Shown piece by piece: positions 19,269 through 29,029 of a stretch of DNA of 64,000 bases. The translations under genes and the position numbers were made by a program. Numbering within the stretch: the first letter of the stretch is position 1; every line of letters begins with the position of its first letter. Where the stretch lies: positions 22,999-86,998 of the forward strand of contig CAYYSU010000003.1 in the NCBI GenBank assembly GCA_964474455.1, read 5' to 3'. The stretch is from an uncultured Bacteroidales bacterium. Lineage in GTDB: Bacteria; Bacteroidota; Bacteroidia; Bacteroidales; BM520. The notes below the pieces were generated by a model. That model saw only the letters and a list, made by a program, of their open reading frames with translations. It made no database searches and was not told the DNA's origin.

Positions 19269-20723
19269 ATGAGAGCAAAAAGATTTTTAATCCTGAATTT
19301 GATCATTTGTGCAAGTTTAATAATGTTAAATTCTTGTGAAAAAGAAAACGACCCTGTATTAAAAGACATTTTTACCGTCACGGTGGATGAAAACCCTTAT
19401 TCTGCTGGCAATGCCATTGCCTATAGTAGTGACGAGAACACCTTTGTTTTCTGCTTTAGTCCTTCCGGACAGAAATTTAATCCTACCGATAATGGAGTAT
19501 GGATTGCCGATAGTGAAGTCACCTATTCTCTGTGGAAAGAGATATATGATTGGGCTCAGAGCAAAGGTTATACCATAAAAAATGCCGGTCAGGCCGGAAG
19601 CAATAGCAACTTTCCTAAAAACCATCCCGTAACATTCATTTGTTGGTATAGTGCGGTAGTATGGTGTAATGCATTAACCGAATATTACAATCTTCATAAT
19701 GGTGAAAAACCCGATTATGGATTTGTGTATACCTCCAATGGCAATGTGGTGAAAGATTCCGACATCAACAACCCTGAATTTGATAATCTCAATATCCATA
19801 TGGATGCCACCGGCTTTCGCCTTCCCACCAATGCTGAGTGGTACAATGCCGCTCGTTGGCCCAATACACCTGATGACTATGCCAGTGGCGCTGCTGACAA
19901 CTACCAAAATGAAGTTGCCACACAAGCTGTTGCCTGGTATAATGCCAACAGTAGCGCAGATACTCATCCCGTTAAGGAAAAAAGTAAAAATGGCCTTAAC
20001 CTTTACGATATGAGTGGCAATGTAAAGGAAATTGTGATAGATAAAAAAACCATGTACGATGGTGATTATAATAATTGCGGCGGGGCATATAATAGTAACC
20101 CCGATCAGGTAAAAGTCTCTTCAAGCAGCCCCATCGATAGGCATTCCCGCTCCATCTCCCAGGGGTTTCGTACAGCCCGCACCATAGGCGACGACACACA
20201 TGTGGATTTTGAAATTGACAATAATGGCGGTGGCGGCTCGCTTACTCCCGGCTCCGGAACAGGCTATTTTACTATGAACGGCGATACCATAAACATCTCA
20301 AGAGCTATACTATTCGATTTTAATACGCTGTTGAATGGCCAATATGTTTCATTGGATCTTTTTTCTGAAGGCATCGACACGGAGTTGGCAAACAGTGGAG
20401 GATATACAGGACAGGGAAGCTTTGTGGGGTTTGGCCCTATCCTAACTGAAAACGATAGCCTGGATAATGAAATGGTATATGGTGACGACGAAATTATGTT
20501 GATAAGTTCGGTTGTCGATTTTGATGCAGATGTCTATCCCTGGGAAGGAACAAATGGCTTTATAGGGGCGAGAGATAAGACGCTGGAGGTTTCCCTTGAT
20601 AATGGAGTATTCACACTCACTTTTACCGTTTTTGGAACTGATCATCAATACAATGAAGATGTTGAACTTAAAGGTACTTATGTTGGCACCATAGCACACT
20701 ATGTTGCCGGCAGGGATTTTTAG
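19269..20723 (+). CDS. Lipoprotein with FGE-sulfatase (SUMF1) domain and an unknown C-terminal domain
   Basis: Lipobox LNSC; HPVTFICWYSAVVWCNALT, GFRLPT.AEW, HPV..K..NGLNLYDMSGNV.E, GFR; Gly-rich linker NNGGGGSLTPGSG. Confidence 0.85.
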   Translation: MRAKRFLILNLIICASLIMLNSCEKENDPVLKDIFTVTVDENPYSAGNAIAYSSDENTFVFCFSPSGQKFNPTDNGVWIADSEVTYSLWKEIYDWAQSKGYTIKNAGQAGSNSNFPKNHPVTFICWYSAVVWCNALTEYYNLHNGEKPDYGFVYTSNGNVVKDSDINNPEFDNLNIHMDATGFRLPTNAEWYNAARWPNTPDDYASGAADNYQNEVATQAVAWYNANSSADTHPVKEKSKNGLNLYDMSGNVKEIVIDKKTMYDGDYNNCGGAYNSNPDQVKVSSSSPIDRHSRSISQGFRTARTIGDDTHVDFEIDNNGGGGSLTPGSGTGYFTMNGDTINISRAILFDFNTLLNGQYVSLDLFSEGIDTELANSGGYTGQGSFVGFGPILTENDSLDNEMVYGDDEIMLISSVVDFDADVYPWEGTNGFIGARDKTLEVSLDNGVFTLTFTVFGTDHQYNEDVELKGTYVGTIAHYVAGRDF

Positions 20724-20906
20724 AATCAATAGTCATTGTGCCGGTTCTTAATCTATCTAAACTTATGTGTGAACGGGAATTTTGTGCCAACCTGCTACAC
20801 ATACACTCACTCACCTTTCTCGTATTATTGTAACGTCTGTTTTCAATTATGAGCTTAGATTTTGGTGGATTTGAAAGTATATAACTTGAAGTTGTATCTT
20901 TGAAAA

Positions 20907-21476
20907 ATGAAATCAGTTCTACATATTAAAAATATGGTCTGTAATCGCTGTATAAAGGTTGTTAAGGATGAATTTGCGTCGTTGAATGTTGATATTGAAG
21001 CCATTGAATTAGGAAAAGTAACCATTTCTTCAACGCTGAACGATTCAATCTTATCAGACATTAATGATGTATTGGAAAAAAATGGATTTGAATTAATTGA
21101 TGATAAAAAAAGCAAGCTTATTGATAGCATTAAAACGCTCATCATCGAAATGATCCACCATGAAAAAGATGCTAATGAATCGATAAATAGCTCTGAGTTC
21201 ATTTCTAAAAAAATCGGATATGATTATTCTTATCTCAGCAATCTGTTTTCTTCCGTAGAAAATATCACCATTGAGAAATATATCATCAATCAAAAAATTG
21301 AAAAAGTTAAGGAATTGCTGGTGTACGATGAATTAACGCTTAACGAAATTTCGTACAAACTTTCTTATAGCAGCGTTCAACACTTGTCCAGTCAATTTAA
21401 GAAGATCACAGGTCTTACACCCACACACTTTAAAAAATTAAAGGAAAACAAGTGTAAACCGCTGGATGAGGTATAA
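20907..21476 (+). CDS. AraC family regulator with N-terminal HMA-like domain
   Basis: IKNMVCNRC metal motif; YSYLSNLFS...ITIEKYII.QKIEKVKELL, YSSVQHLSSQFKKITGLTPT HTH. Confidence 0.92.
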   Translation: MKSVLHIKNMVCNRCIKVVKDEFASLNVDIEAIELGKVTISSTLNDSILSDINDVLEKNGFELIDDKKSKLIDSIKTLIIEMIHHEKDANESINSSEFISKKIGYDYSYLSNLFSSVENITIEKYIINQKIEKVKELLVYDELTLNEISYKLSYSSVQHLSSQFKKITGLTPTHFKKLKENKCKPLDEV

Positions 21477-21561
21477 TCCAAAAAAGATATTACTTTTTTC
21501 AAAATTCATATAACAGCGAAAAGACCAATACTTCCGTTATTTGTAGCATAAAACTACATAT

Positions 21562-22887
21562 ATGGAAGCGTTAGAATATATAAGGACATTTTTTACAGAC
21601 TTTTTTACCATTTTGGGAGAAATGTCGCCCTACCTTTTGCTTGGGTTCTTTTTTGCAGGTTTGCTGTATGCTTTTATGCCACGACAAAAAATTGAACGAT
21701 ATTTTAACGGAAGTTCAGTAAAATCATCAGTCCTGGCAGCTCTATTTGGCATCCCGTTACCACTTTGTTCGTGTGGCGTTATACCAACCGGAACGGCGCT
21801 GTATAAAAATGGTGCATCAAAAGGAGGAACAGTATCTTTCATTATTTCCACTCCACAAACCGGTGTTGATTCAATTTTAGCGACGTTCTCATTACTAGGG
21901 CTTCCCTTTGCAATTATACGACCTTTGGCAGCTTTGATAACAGGTATTACCGGCGGTATAATAACCGGTAAAATTACATCTAATGAAACACAAAACAACT
22001 CATATAAAGAGCAAGAGGAGGTTAAAAAAAGCCTGATCGAAAAAATAAAAGATGTATTCAGATACGGTTTTGTTGATTTTATACAAGACATTTCAAAATG
22101 GTTGGTTATAGGTTTGGTTTTAGCGGCAATTATATCGGCACTCATACCGAACGATTTCTTTGAGTTGCTAAACCTATCTCCAATTTTACAGATGTTAATG
22201 ATTCTTGTGGTATCAATTCCTCTTTACATATGCGCAACCGGAACCATTCCATTAGCCGCAATATTGATATTGAAAGGCATTAGCCCCGGAGCCGCCTTTG
22301 TGTTGCTAATGGCCGGACCGGCTACAAATGCTGCAACGATCACGATGATAGGAAAAGTACTTGGAAAACGAAGTTTGCTTACCTATTTGGGAACAATTAT
22401 TATTGGCGCATTGTCGTTCGGCTTAATTATAGATTATGTCTTACCTACGGAGTGGTTTACGCAAATTGCAAAAGAACACTTAACCCATAATCACGGACAA
22501 CATATTGATTGGTGGCAAATAACTTTCGGTATAACCCTGATTGCTCTTATTATTAATGGATATTTTCAACGACGCCTGTCGGCAAAAGGGAATAAGAATA
22601 AAACAACAGATAATAGCATCGTGAAGACTCAAACTATAAAAGTAGAAGGAATGACCTGCAATCATTGTAAGGCAAATGTTGAATTGAATCTGGAAAAATT
22701 AGAATTTATTACTAGCGCAACGGTAAACCTGAATGAAAAAACTGTTACCATTGAAGGAGAGAATATCGAAGTTGAAGTCGTAAAAGAGACAATTTCTGCT
22801 CTCGGATATAAACCAACTATACGTCAGAAAGCACGGAATCAAGTTTGTCGAACTTCCTCACATAGTCCTCCATTGAGTACAAAATAA
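21562..22887 (+). CDS. SO_0444-type Cu/Zn permease (DUF318) with C-terminal HMA domain
   Basis: GIPLPLCSCGVIP, STPQTGVDSI, PLYICATGTIP, LMAGPATN, His-rich HNHGQH, VEGMTCNHC; the 3' end overlaps ppa by 71 nt. Confidence 0.9.
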   Translation: MEALEYIRTFFTDFFTILGEMSPYLLLGFFFAGLLYAFMPRQKIERYFNGSSVKSSVLAALFGIPLPLCSCGVIPTGTALYKNGASKGGTVSFIISTPQTGVDSILATFSLLGLPFAIIRPLAALITGITGGIITGKITSNETQNNSYKEQEEVKKSLIEKIKDVFRYGFVDFIQDISKWLVIGLVLAAIISALIPNDFFELLNLSPILQMLMILVVSIPLYICATGTIPLAAILILKGISPGAAFVLLMAGPATNAATITMIGKVLGKRSLLTYLGTIIIGALSFGLIIDYVLPTEWFTQIAKEHLTHNHGQHIDWWQITFGITLIALIINGYFQRRLSAKGNKNKTTDNSIVKTQTIKVEGMTCNHCKANVELNLEKLEFITSATVNLNEKTVTIEGENIEVEVVKETISALGYKPTIRQKARNQVCRTSSHSPPLSTK

Positions 22888-23494
22888 TCTCTTTGGCTTC
22901 ATCGGCACCAAAGGTATCTGTGATAGACACATCACTCTCTTTTCCCGGTAAGTCTTTATATGTCAGGAAGTAATGTTTTAGACGCAACAGCACCATCTCC
23001 GGCAATTCAGACACATCATTATAGTTACCATAGACCGTATCATTCTCCAGAACACAAATCAGTTTGTCATCCACTTCACATCCATCGAGCATTCTAAATC
23101 CGCCAATAGGTATTGCTTTCACGAGGATGTCCCCATGTGGAATTACTTTTTCTGTCAGTACACATACGTCGATAGGATCTCCATCACCTACCAGGTCGGT
23201 TTTCCCTGTTTTATCCATACAGTATTTTGCTACACGAATACCTGAGAATGTTTGTGGTATAAAGCCGTACAGTGCCGGAACAACGTTGGAGTACTTCTGT
23301 GGTCTGTCGATACGAAGATATCCGGAGACTTTATCGACTTCATATTTAACAGTATCAGTAGGCACCATTTCGATAAAAGTCATTACATTATCAGGTGCAT
23401 TGTCGCCGATATCCACTCCGTGCCAGGGATGCGATTTGTATCTCAGGCCCATCAGTCGACCTATAGGATCCATTATTTTGTTTGCCATAGCCAT
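22817..23494 (-). CDS. ppa: Inorganic pyrophosphatase (family I)
   Basis: HPWHG, KYEVDK.SG....DRP, YGFIPQT, GDGDPID, DDK, HYFLTYKDL. Confidence 0.93.
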   Translation of the reverse strand: MAMANKIMDPIGRLMGLRYKSHPWHGVDIGDNAPDNVMTFIEMVPTDTVKYEVDKVSGYLRIDRPQKYSNVVPALYGFIPQTFSGIRVAKYCMDKTGKTDLVGDGDPIDVCVLTEKVIPHGDILVKAIPIGGFRMLDGCEVDDKLICVLENDTVYGNYNDVSELPEMVLLRLKHYFLTYKDLPGKESDVSITDTFGADEAKEIILYSMEDYVRKFDKLDSVLSDV

Positions 23495-23661
23495 GGTTTT
23501 TGGTAATTTAACGTAATTATCTGCAAAAGGTTCGGTATAATTATGAACTAACCTATTTCTAATTGATAATTTGAAATAGCTTCAAAAAGTAACAATATTT
23601 TTCATATTCCGAAAAAAAAGTGCATATTTGTGTGCATTCATAAACAATTAAGTCAACAGAC

Positions 23662-23904
23662 ATGAAATCCGGAAGAATTATAGCAATCATAAGCGTATTT
23701 TTATTATCGCTTTTTTTATTGGCAGGATGTAGTACCACAGACACTACAACAAACACTTATCCTGTTGGGAAGAAGTCTAAAAGGGTAAATTACACTGCAA
23801 CAAGTGGTAGATTGCCTGTTATCTCTTCCTCTGCAAAACTCACCAATCCTCCACCAAAAAATTATGTTGTACCTATGAGATCAAAATCTCATTTATATGA
23901 ATAA
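23662..23904 (+). CDS. Small basic lipoprotein, unknown function
   Basis: Hydrophobic leader with lipobox LAGC; 80 aa; followed by a terminator. Confidence 0.65.
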   Translation: MKSGRIIAIISVFLLSLFLLAGCSTTDTTTNTYPVGKKSKRVNYTATSGRLPVISSSAKLTNPPPKNYVVPMRSKSHLYE

Positions 23905-23905
23905 T

Positions 23906-23937
23906 AAAAAAGCGCTGATAGTAGTCAGCGCTTTTTT
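23906..23937. terminator. Bidirectional terminator
   Basis: AAAAAAGCGCTGA-TAGTAG-TCAGCGCTTTTTT, a perfect stem between convergent genes. Confidence 0.9.
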
Positions 23938-24413
23938 CACTCCTCATAAATAACCGGATTCTCGGGGAACCCTAAATACTTCTTACTGTACTCCTGAGAA
24001 TATGTATAATAAACAGCATCTGCCTCCGAACATTTCTCTCCATCGGAGCCAAAAAGTTCAATATGAATAAATGCCAGGTTTCTTTTAATTTCCTTTAATC
24101 GGGCACGTATCAAAATCTCTCCCTTATTAGTATGGACAGGTTTTTTATATCTTACCTCAAGCTTTGAAGTAACACCGCTGGTAAGCATTTTTACATACAC
24201 CACATACGAAGCTATTTCATCCATCAATGTTGCTTGTATCCCACCATGCAGAATATTCCTGTAACCCTGAAACTCCGATTGAGGACTCCATTTACATATT
24301 ACTTCATCACCATCTTCATAGAAATTCATTTTCAGGCCATGCAGATTTTCTTTGCTACACCCAAAGCATAAATTCTGTGGTAGAGTTTCATATGGATTCT
24401 TTATTTTTTTCAT
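23937..24413 (-). CDS. PaaI-family (hotdog) thioesterase
   Basis: CFGC, FQGY.NILHGGIQATLMDE, VTSKLEVRYKKPV. Confidence 0.88.
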   Translation of the reverse strand: MKKIKNPYETLPQNLCFGCSKENLHGLKMNFYEDGDEVICKWSPQSEFQGYRNILHGGIQATLMDEIASYVVYVKMLTSGVTSKLEVRYKKPVHTNKGEILIRARLKEIKRNLAFIHIELFGSDGEKCSEADAVYYTYSQEYSKKYLGFPENPVIYEE

Positions 24414-24419
24414 ACAACA

Positions 24420-25208
24420 CTATTTTTTTTCACCCTTACGGTACTTTTCTACATCAATCTCTTTTCCGGCCTCATCGTACGAATACCATTTGCCCTCTTT
24501 AAGTCCATTTTCATAAGAGCCACGCATTTTTATAGTGCCATTCTCCCAATACTCCATGTACTCTCCTATGGGTTCGTCATTTTTATACTTCTCTTCAATC
24601 ATAAGGGTGCCACTTTCGTGATATGTTTTGTTTATACCATCAAACTTGCCATCCTTATAAATATATTCTGCAATAAGATTTCCATTGACACCAAACCAAC
24701 GCGATGGTCCGTCTTTGATTCCCATCTTATAATAAGCCTCTTCGAGAACTTTGCCAGGTTTGTTAGAGTAAAACGTCTTTTTCACACCATTCAACTGACC
24801 TTCATAATAGTCTGTCTCTTCAATAAGGGTAGCACCTCTGTTAAACTTCTTATATTTCCCGTGCAGATGACCATTTTTATAATGAGATTCTCCGGTAAAG
24901 TATCCCCGTTGGTCGATTTCTATTACAAGACCATCGAGTTTTCCTTCTTTATATTCTTCAACCTTATAAACAATTCCTTTTGTGTGATGATAACTAACCC
25001 ATGTGCCGATTTTTTTGTCGTCAACGTATTCACCGTAATATTTATTGCGACCTATTGTTTCTTCCCAGAAGCCCTGTTTAAGCTTGTTGGCGTCGGTGAC
25101 ATTCATCTCTCCGGCGTAACCTGTTGGATTGTTAACAGGCATTGTGTTTTGCGAAATGCCGGCAACGGCAAAAACTAAACACAGGATAAAAAGAGTAATT
25201 TTTTTCAT
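24420..25208 (-). CDS. Exported MORN-variant repeat protein
   Basis: Repeated Y..G...G..(K/R).(Y/F)...G units; signal peptide MKKITLFILCLVFAVAGISQ from ATG 25208 (the ORF track starts at 25271). Confidence 0.82.
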   Translation of the reverse strand: MKKITLFILCLVFAVAGISQNTMPVNNPTGYAGEMNVTDANKLKQGFWEETIGRNKYYGEYVDDKKIGTWVSYHHTKGIVYKVEEYKEGKLDGLVIEIDQRGYFTGESHYKNGHLHGKYKKFNRGATLIEETDYYEGQLNGVKKTFYSNKPGKVLEEAYYKMGIKDGPSRWFGVNGNLIAEYIYKDGKFDGINKTYHESGTLMIEEKYKNDEPIGEYMEYWENGTIKMRGSYENGLKEGKWYSYDEAGKEIDVEKYRKGEKK

Positions 25209-25280
25209 GATTCTTGGAATTTTGAATAACAAAAGTAGTGTGAAAATGGCAAAAAACAAATATTTTGTCACCTCATTGAG

Positions 25281-26570
25281 TTACTTAACATGTTCAGCAT
25301 AGAGATCATAATCATCTGCTCCGGTAATACGAGCATTAATAAACGCACCTATGAGAGTGTCGGAGTTTGTCTTTTTGATGAGCACCTCATTATCTACCTC
25401 AGGAGAGTCGTATTTGGTTCGACCAATCCAATACTCACCCTCCAGCCTGTCGATAATTACTGTCATTACACGTCCAAGAAGTGATTTATTATGTTTTAGA
25501 GATATTTTTTGTTGTATGTCCATAAGAATGTCGCGCCGACTATCTTTAACCTCCTGTGGTACGTCATCTTCAAGCTCTGCGGCTGAAGTATTCTCTTCAT
25601 GCGAGTATGTAAACACGCCCATCCGTTCAAATTTCAACTCCTCAACAAACTCCTTTAATTCGTTGAAATCCTCTTTTGTCTCGCCTGGATACCCCACTAT
25701 AAAGGCTGTTCTGACAGCAGCTTCCGGCATGTTGTTTCTGAACTTGCGCACCAACTCAACAGTGCCCTTCTTATCGATTCCACGTTTCATGGAATTTAGT
25801 ATCCTGCTGCTGATGTGCTGCAGTGGTATATCTATATAATCAACCACATTATCATTGCTGTTGAAAACCTCTATCAGCTTGTCGGTAAACCCCAAAGGGA
25901 ATGTGTAATGCAGCCGGATCCATGTTTGCGGGTTCTCTTTTGCCAGGCGATCAACAAGCTCTGCCAACATATTTTTACCGTATAGGTCGCGGCCGTAATA
26001 TGTCAGATCCTGAGAAATAAGAAGCAACTCTTTAACGCCTTTTTTTACTAGGTTTTTGCACTCTTCAGCGATATCATCCATGTGTTTGCTAACATGCTTA
26101 CCTCTAATAAGCGGAATAGCACAGAAAGAACATTTTCTGTCGCAACCTTCAGCGACTTTTACATATGCATAATGTGAAGGCGTAGATAACTTTCTGTGCA
26201 ACAAGAGATCCCTGCGCCATTGAATCTCAAAATCTGTTACTATCGACTCTATATCCTCAACACCGTACCATCTGTCAACCTCAGGGATTTCATTTTTCAG
26301 TTCATCCATATAACGTTGCGAAAGACATCCCATGACAGTCAGGTGCTTTAACTCTCCGGTTTGTCGTGCCTTAGCAAAATTTAATATCATCTCAATACTC
26401 TCCTCTTTGGCATCGTTGATAAAGCCGCATGTGTTAACAATCACCATATCAGTTTTTTCATGACTATCAAAAAAAACCTTCCATCCTGCCGGGGCTAACT
26501 GTCCTGCAAGTATTTCGGAATCTACAGTGTTTTTACTGCATCCAAGAGTGACGATATTTATTTTTTTCAT
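25281..26570 (-). CDS. rimO: Ribosomal protein S12 methylthiotransferase
   Basis: LGCSKNTVDSE, VNTCGFI..AKEESI, radical SAM CDRKCSFC, YIDIPLQH, TRAM domain GRTKYDSPEVD. Confidence 0.95.
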   Translation of the reverse strand: MKKINIVTLGCSKNTVDSEILAGQLAPAGWKVFFDSHEKTDMVIVNTCGFINDAKEESIEMILNFAKARQTGELKHLTVMGCLSQRYMDELKNEIPEVDRWYGVEDIESIVTDFEIQWRRDLLLHRKLSTPSHYAYVKVAEGCDRKCSFCAIPLIRGKHVSKHMDDIAEECKNLVKKGVKELLLISQDLTYYGRDLYGKNMLAELVDRLAKENPQTWIRLHYTFPLGFTDKLIEVFNSNDNVVDYIDIPLQHISSRILNSMKRGIDKKGTVELVRKFRNNMPEAAVRTAFIVGYPGETKEDFNELKEFVEELKFERMGVFTYSHEENTSAAELEDDVPQEVKDSRRDILMDIQQKISLKHNKSLLGRVMTVIIDRLEGEYWIGRTKYDSPEVDNEVLIKKTNSDTLIGAFINARITGADDYDLYAEHVK

Positions 26571-26588
26571 GATTTATACTATTTTCAG

Positions 26589-26621
26589 CAAAGATAGTCA
26601 TTACCAAATTCCATATATTTG
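26589..26621. promoter_or_regulatory. Divergent pair of Bacteroidota -7 elements (rimO and CotH gene)
   Basis: Minus strand TATCTTTG at 26596-26589; plus strand TATATTTG at 26614-26621. Confidence 0.6.
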
Positions 26622-26635
26622 TAAAAATAATATTT

Positions 26636-28909
26636 ATGAAAACTTTCATCACAACGATTATTATCTTTTTGGTATCTGCAATCACCTTTGCGCAACCCAT
26701 AATACCTGAAAAGGGTGATATTTTTAATGATACCGAGGTGCCCAGGATAGATATTACTATTCATCCCGATACCCTGATATGGCTCTTTGATAACCCAGAG
26801 TCGAACATCGAGTTTCATGCTGACTTTCGTTTTACTTCCACGAATCTTGTGGAAGTTTTTGAGGATATTGGCTTTCGTTTTCGTGGAAACACATCACGAT
26901 ATTCCAATAAAAAATCCTTTAAAATATCTTTTAACACTTTCGTGGATGGTGGTGATTTTCATGGCATTGAGAAGATGAATATCAATGGTGAACACAATGA
27001 CCCGTCGGTTTGCAGATCGAAGATCGGCTGGGAGTTGGCTCGGATAATTGAGCTCCCCGGATCCCGAGCTAATCATGTGGAGTTATATATCAATGGTGAT
27101 TATTATGGATTATATCTTAACGTGGAACATATCGATGAAGAGTTCACCAAAGAGTATTTTGATTCGAAAAATGGAAACCTCTACAAATGTCTGTGGCCTG
27201 CCGATCTGGTGTGGAAAGGCAATAATCCGAATAATTATAAAGAAGAGTATTCAGGGCGTAGAGCTTACGAGCTTAGAATAAATGAAGATATCGACGATTA
27301 TTCCGGTTTGAGAGATTTAATACATGTTCTCAACAACTCTCCGTCCGCAGATTTCTTCTATGATTTAAATGAAATCTTTAATACTCAGGAGTATCTGAAA
27401 GTCATGGCCTTAGAAATTGTATTAGGGCATTGGGACGATTATATCTATAATAAAAATAATTACTACCTCTACCATAACCCTTTGACAGATAAGTTTGAAT
27501 TTCTTTTGTATGACTTGGATAACACCATGGGTATCGACTGGTCAGGAATTAACTGGGCCTCAAGAGATATCTATCAGTGGGATCCTGACTGGGAAGAGAG
27601 ACCATTATATGAGGGCATAATGAATAATGAAATTTTGAGGGGACAGTTTACATATTATATAAGAGAGATTGCGCAGATAATCTCGTCACAAGAATTCGAA
27701 GATTATATTCTGGGTCTCAAAGAGATGGTTCGCCCATATATTATTTCTGATCTTTACTATCCTTTAGACTATGGATACTCCATTGATGACTTCGACAGAT
27801 CTTTTACCGAAACCATTGGAGATCATGTTAAGAGAGGCATTCTCCCCTTTTTGCAGGAGCGCTCTGATTTCGTCAACTCACAACTTGAAGATACTGATAT
27901 GTACCCCGTTCTGAAGTATGCTTCCCGCAATGCGCCGGGAGCATTCTCTGATCTGTGGGTTTCGGTATTTGCTGAAGATGATAACGAAGATATGGTCGTG
28001 CAGCTGCAATATCGCCTTCCCGGGGAGCCGCCACAATATTCGCAACTCTTTGACGACGGACTCCATGGCGATGGACAAGCCGGAGATAATATATATGGGG
28101 GCAGTATTGAGCCGATTGGTTTTGCAACTGCCCTGGAATATAATATTATCGCCACAGACAACGCATCTCAGACATCCAGATTGTTTGAAGAGTCACAGAT
28201 TATAGATATTCAGGTTGGTGGCAATTACCAGCTTTATATCAATGAATTTATGGCTAGTAATCAAACTACAATAGCGGATGAATATGGTCAATATGACGAC
28301 TGGATTGAGCTATGGAATGGAGGTGATAACACGATTAATCTTGGTGGGATGTACCTTTCAGACAAGAATGACAATCCTGCGAAATGGATGTTTCCTGATG
28401 TATCCATTGCGCCGGGAGAATTTCTTATTATTTGGGCCGACAAAGAGGAAGAACAGGGGCTGCTTCATACAAATTTCAAGTTGTCAAAACTAGGTGAATT
28501 CATTGGTCTGTATGATAATGAAGCTTCAGGATATGCTGTTATCGATGAAATAAGCTTTGGTGAGCAGACTGAGGATGTCTCCTATGGAAGAGAACGTGAC
28601 GGAGATATGAACTGGATTACTTTTGATGAGCCAACTCCTGGAACTACCAACCATCCCAATGGGATAGATGATATTTTGGAAGGCGACATTTCAGTATTCC
28701 CTGTTCCAGCGGGAAAGACAATCACTGTATCTTTTAATAACATAAAAGAATCAAAAGATATATCGATATATAACTCTTTAAGTCAGAAAATGTCTACTGT
28801 TACCCTGCAGGATGAAAATACTATGGTTGATATCTCTTCGTATGTTCCGGGTGTATATTATATCGTTGATAAAGAGAACAGCACTGTAATACGCTTTATC
28901 AAGCAATAA
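26636..28909 (+). CDS. CotH-kinase-family protein with lamin-tail domain and T9SS sorting domain
   Basis: GFRFRGNTSR..NKKSFKISFN, HWDDY..NKNNYYLY, YDLDNT.G; DDGLHGDG.AGD.IYG segment; LTD INEFMASN...DDWIELWN; C-terminal VFPVPA...GVYYI. Confidence 0.9.
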   Translation: MKTFITTIIIFLVSAITFAQPIIPEKGDIFNDTEVPRIDITIHPDTLIWLFDNPESNIEFHADFRFTSTNLVEVFEDIGFRFRGNTSRYSNKKSFKISFNTFVDGGDFHGIEKMNINGEHNDPSVCRSKIGWELARIIELPGSRANHVELYINGDYYGLYLNVEHIDEEFTKEYFDSKNGNLYKCLWPADLVWKGNNPNNYKEEYSGRRAYELRINEDIDDYSGLRDLIHVLNNSPSADFFYDLNEIFNTQEYLKVMALEIVLGHWDDYIYNKNNYYLYHNPLTDKFEFLLYDLDNTMGIDWSGINWASRDIYQWDPDWEERPLYEGIMNNEILRGQFTYYIREIAQIISSQEFEDYILGLKEMVRPYIISDLYYPLDYGYSIDDFDRSFTETIGDHVKRGILPFLQERSDFVNSQLEDTDMYPVLKYASRNAPGAFSDLWVSVFAEDDNEDMVVQLQYRLPGEPPQYSQLFDDGLHGDGQAGDNIYGGSIEPIGFATALEYNIIATDNASQTSRLFEESQIIDIQVGGNYQLYINEFMASNQTTIADEYGQYDDWIELWNGGDNTINLGGMYLSDKNDNPAKWMFPDVSIAPGEFLIIWADKEEEQGLLHTNFKLSKLGEFIGLYDNEASGYAVIDEISFGEQTEDVSYGRERDGDMNWITFDEPTPGTTNHPNGIDDILEGDISVFPVPAGKTITVSFNNIKESKDISIYNSLSQKMSTVTLQDENTMVDISSYVPGVYYIVDKENSTVIRFIKQ

Positions 28910-29029
28910 AGTGACTGACAAGGGGAACTGATAATTAAATTTATTAAGAAATGGACGCAAGGGAAGCAATTTATCATGTCTCAGGGTTTTCTAAAACCTA
29001 TACATTAAAATCTCTGTGAGTATCAGATT

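Noticed and set aside
19269-20723. DGR target (FGE/CLec fold)
   Set aside because: No reverse transcriptase and no template/variable repeat pair seen; the FGE domain is not at the C-terminus.
20780-20845. GTT-core motifs (GTTGGCAC, CGTTACA on the minus strand) resembling cassette/attC ends
   Set aside because: No complementary partner arm forming an attC-like stem and no integrase in the window.
24420-25208. 'YwqK antitoxin' toxin-antitoxin system
   Set aside because: It is a signal-peptide-bearing MORN-variant repeat protein between rimO and a thioesterase, with no toxin neighbour.
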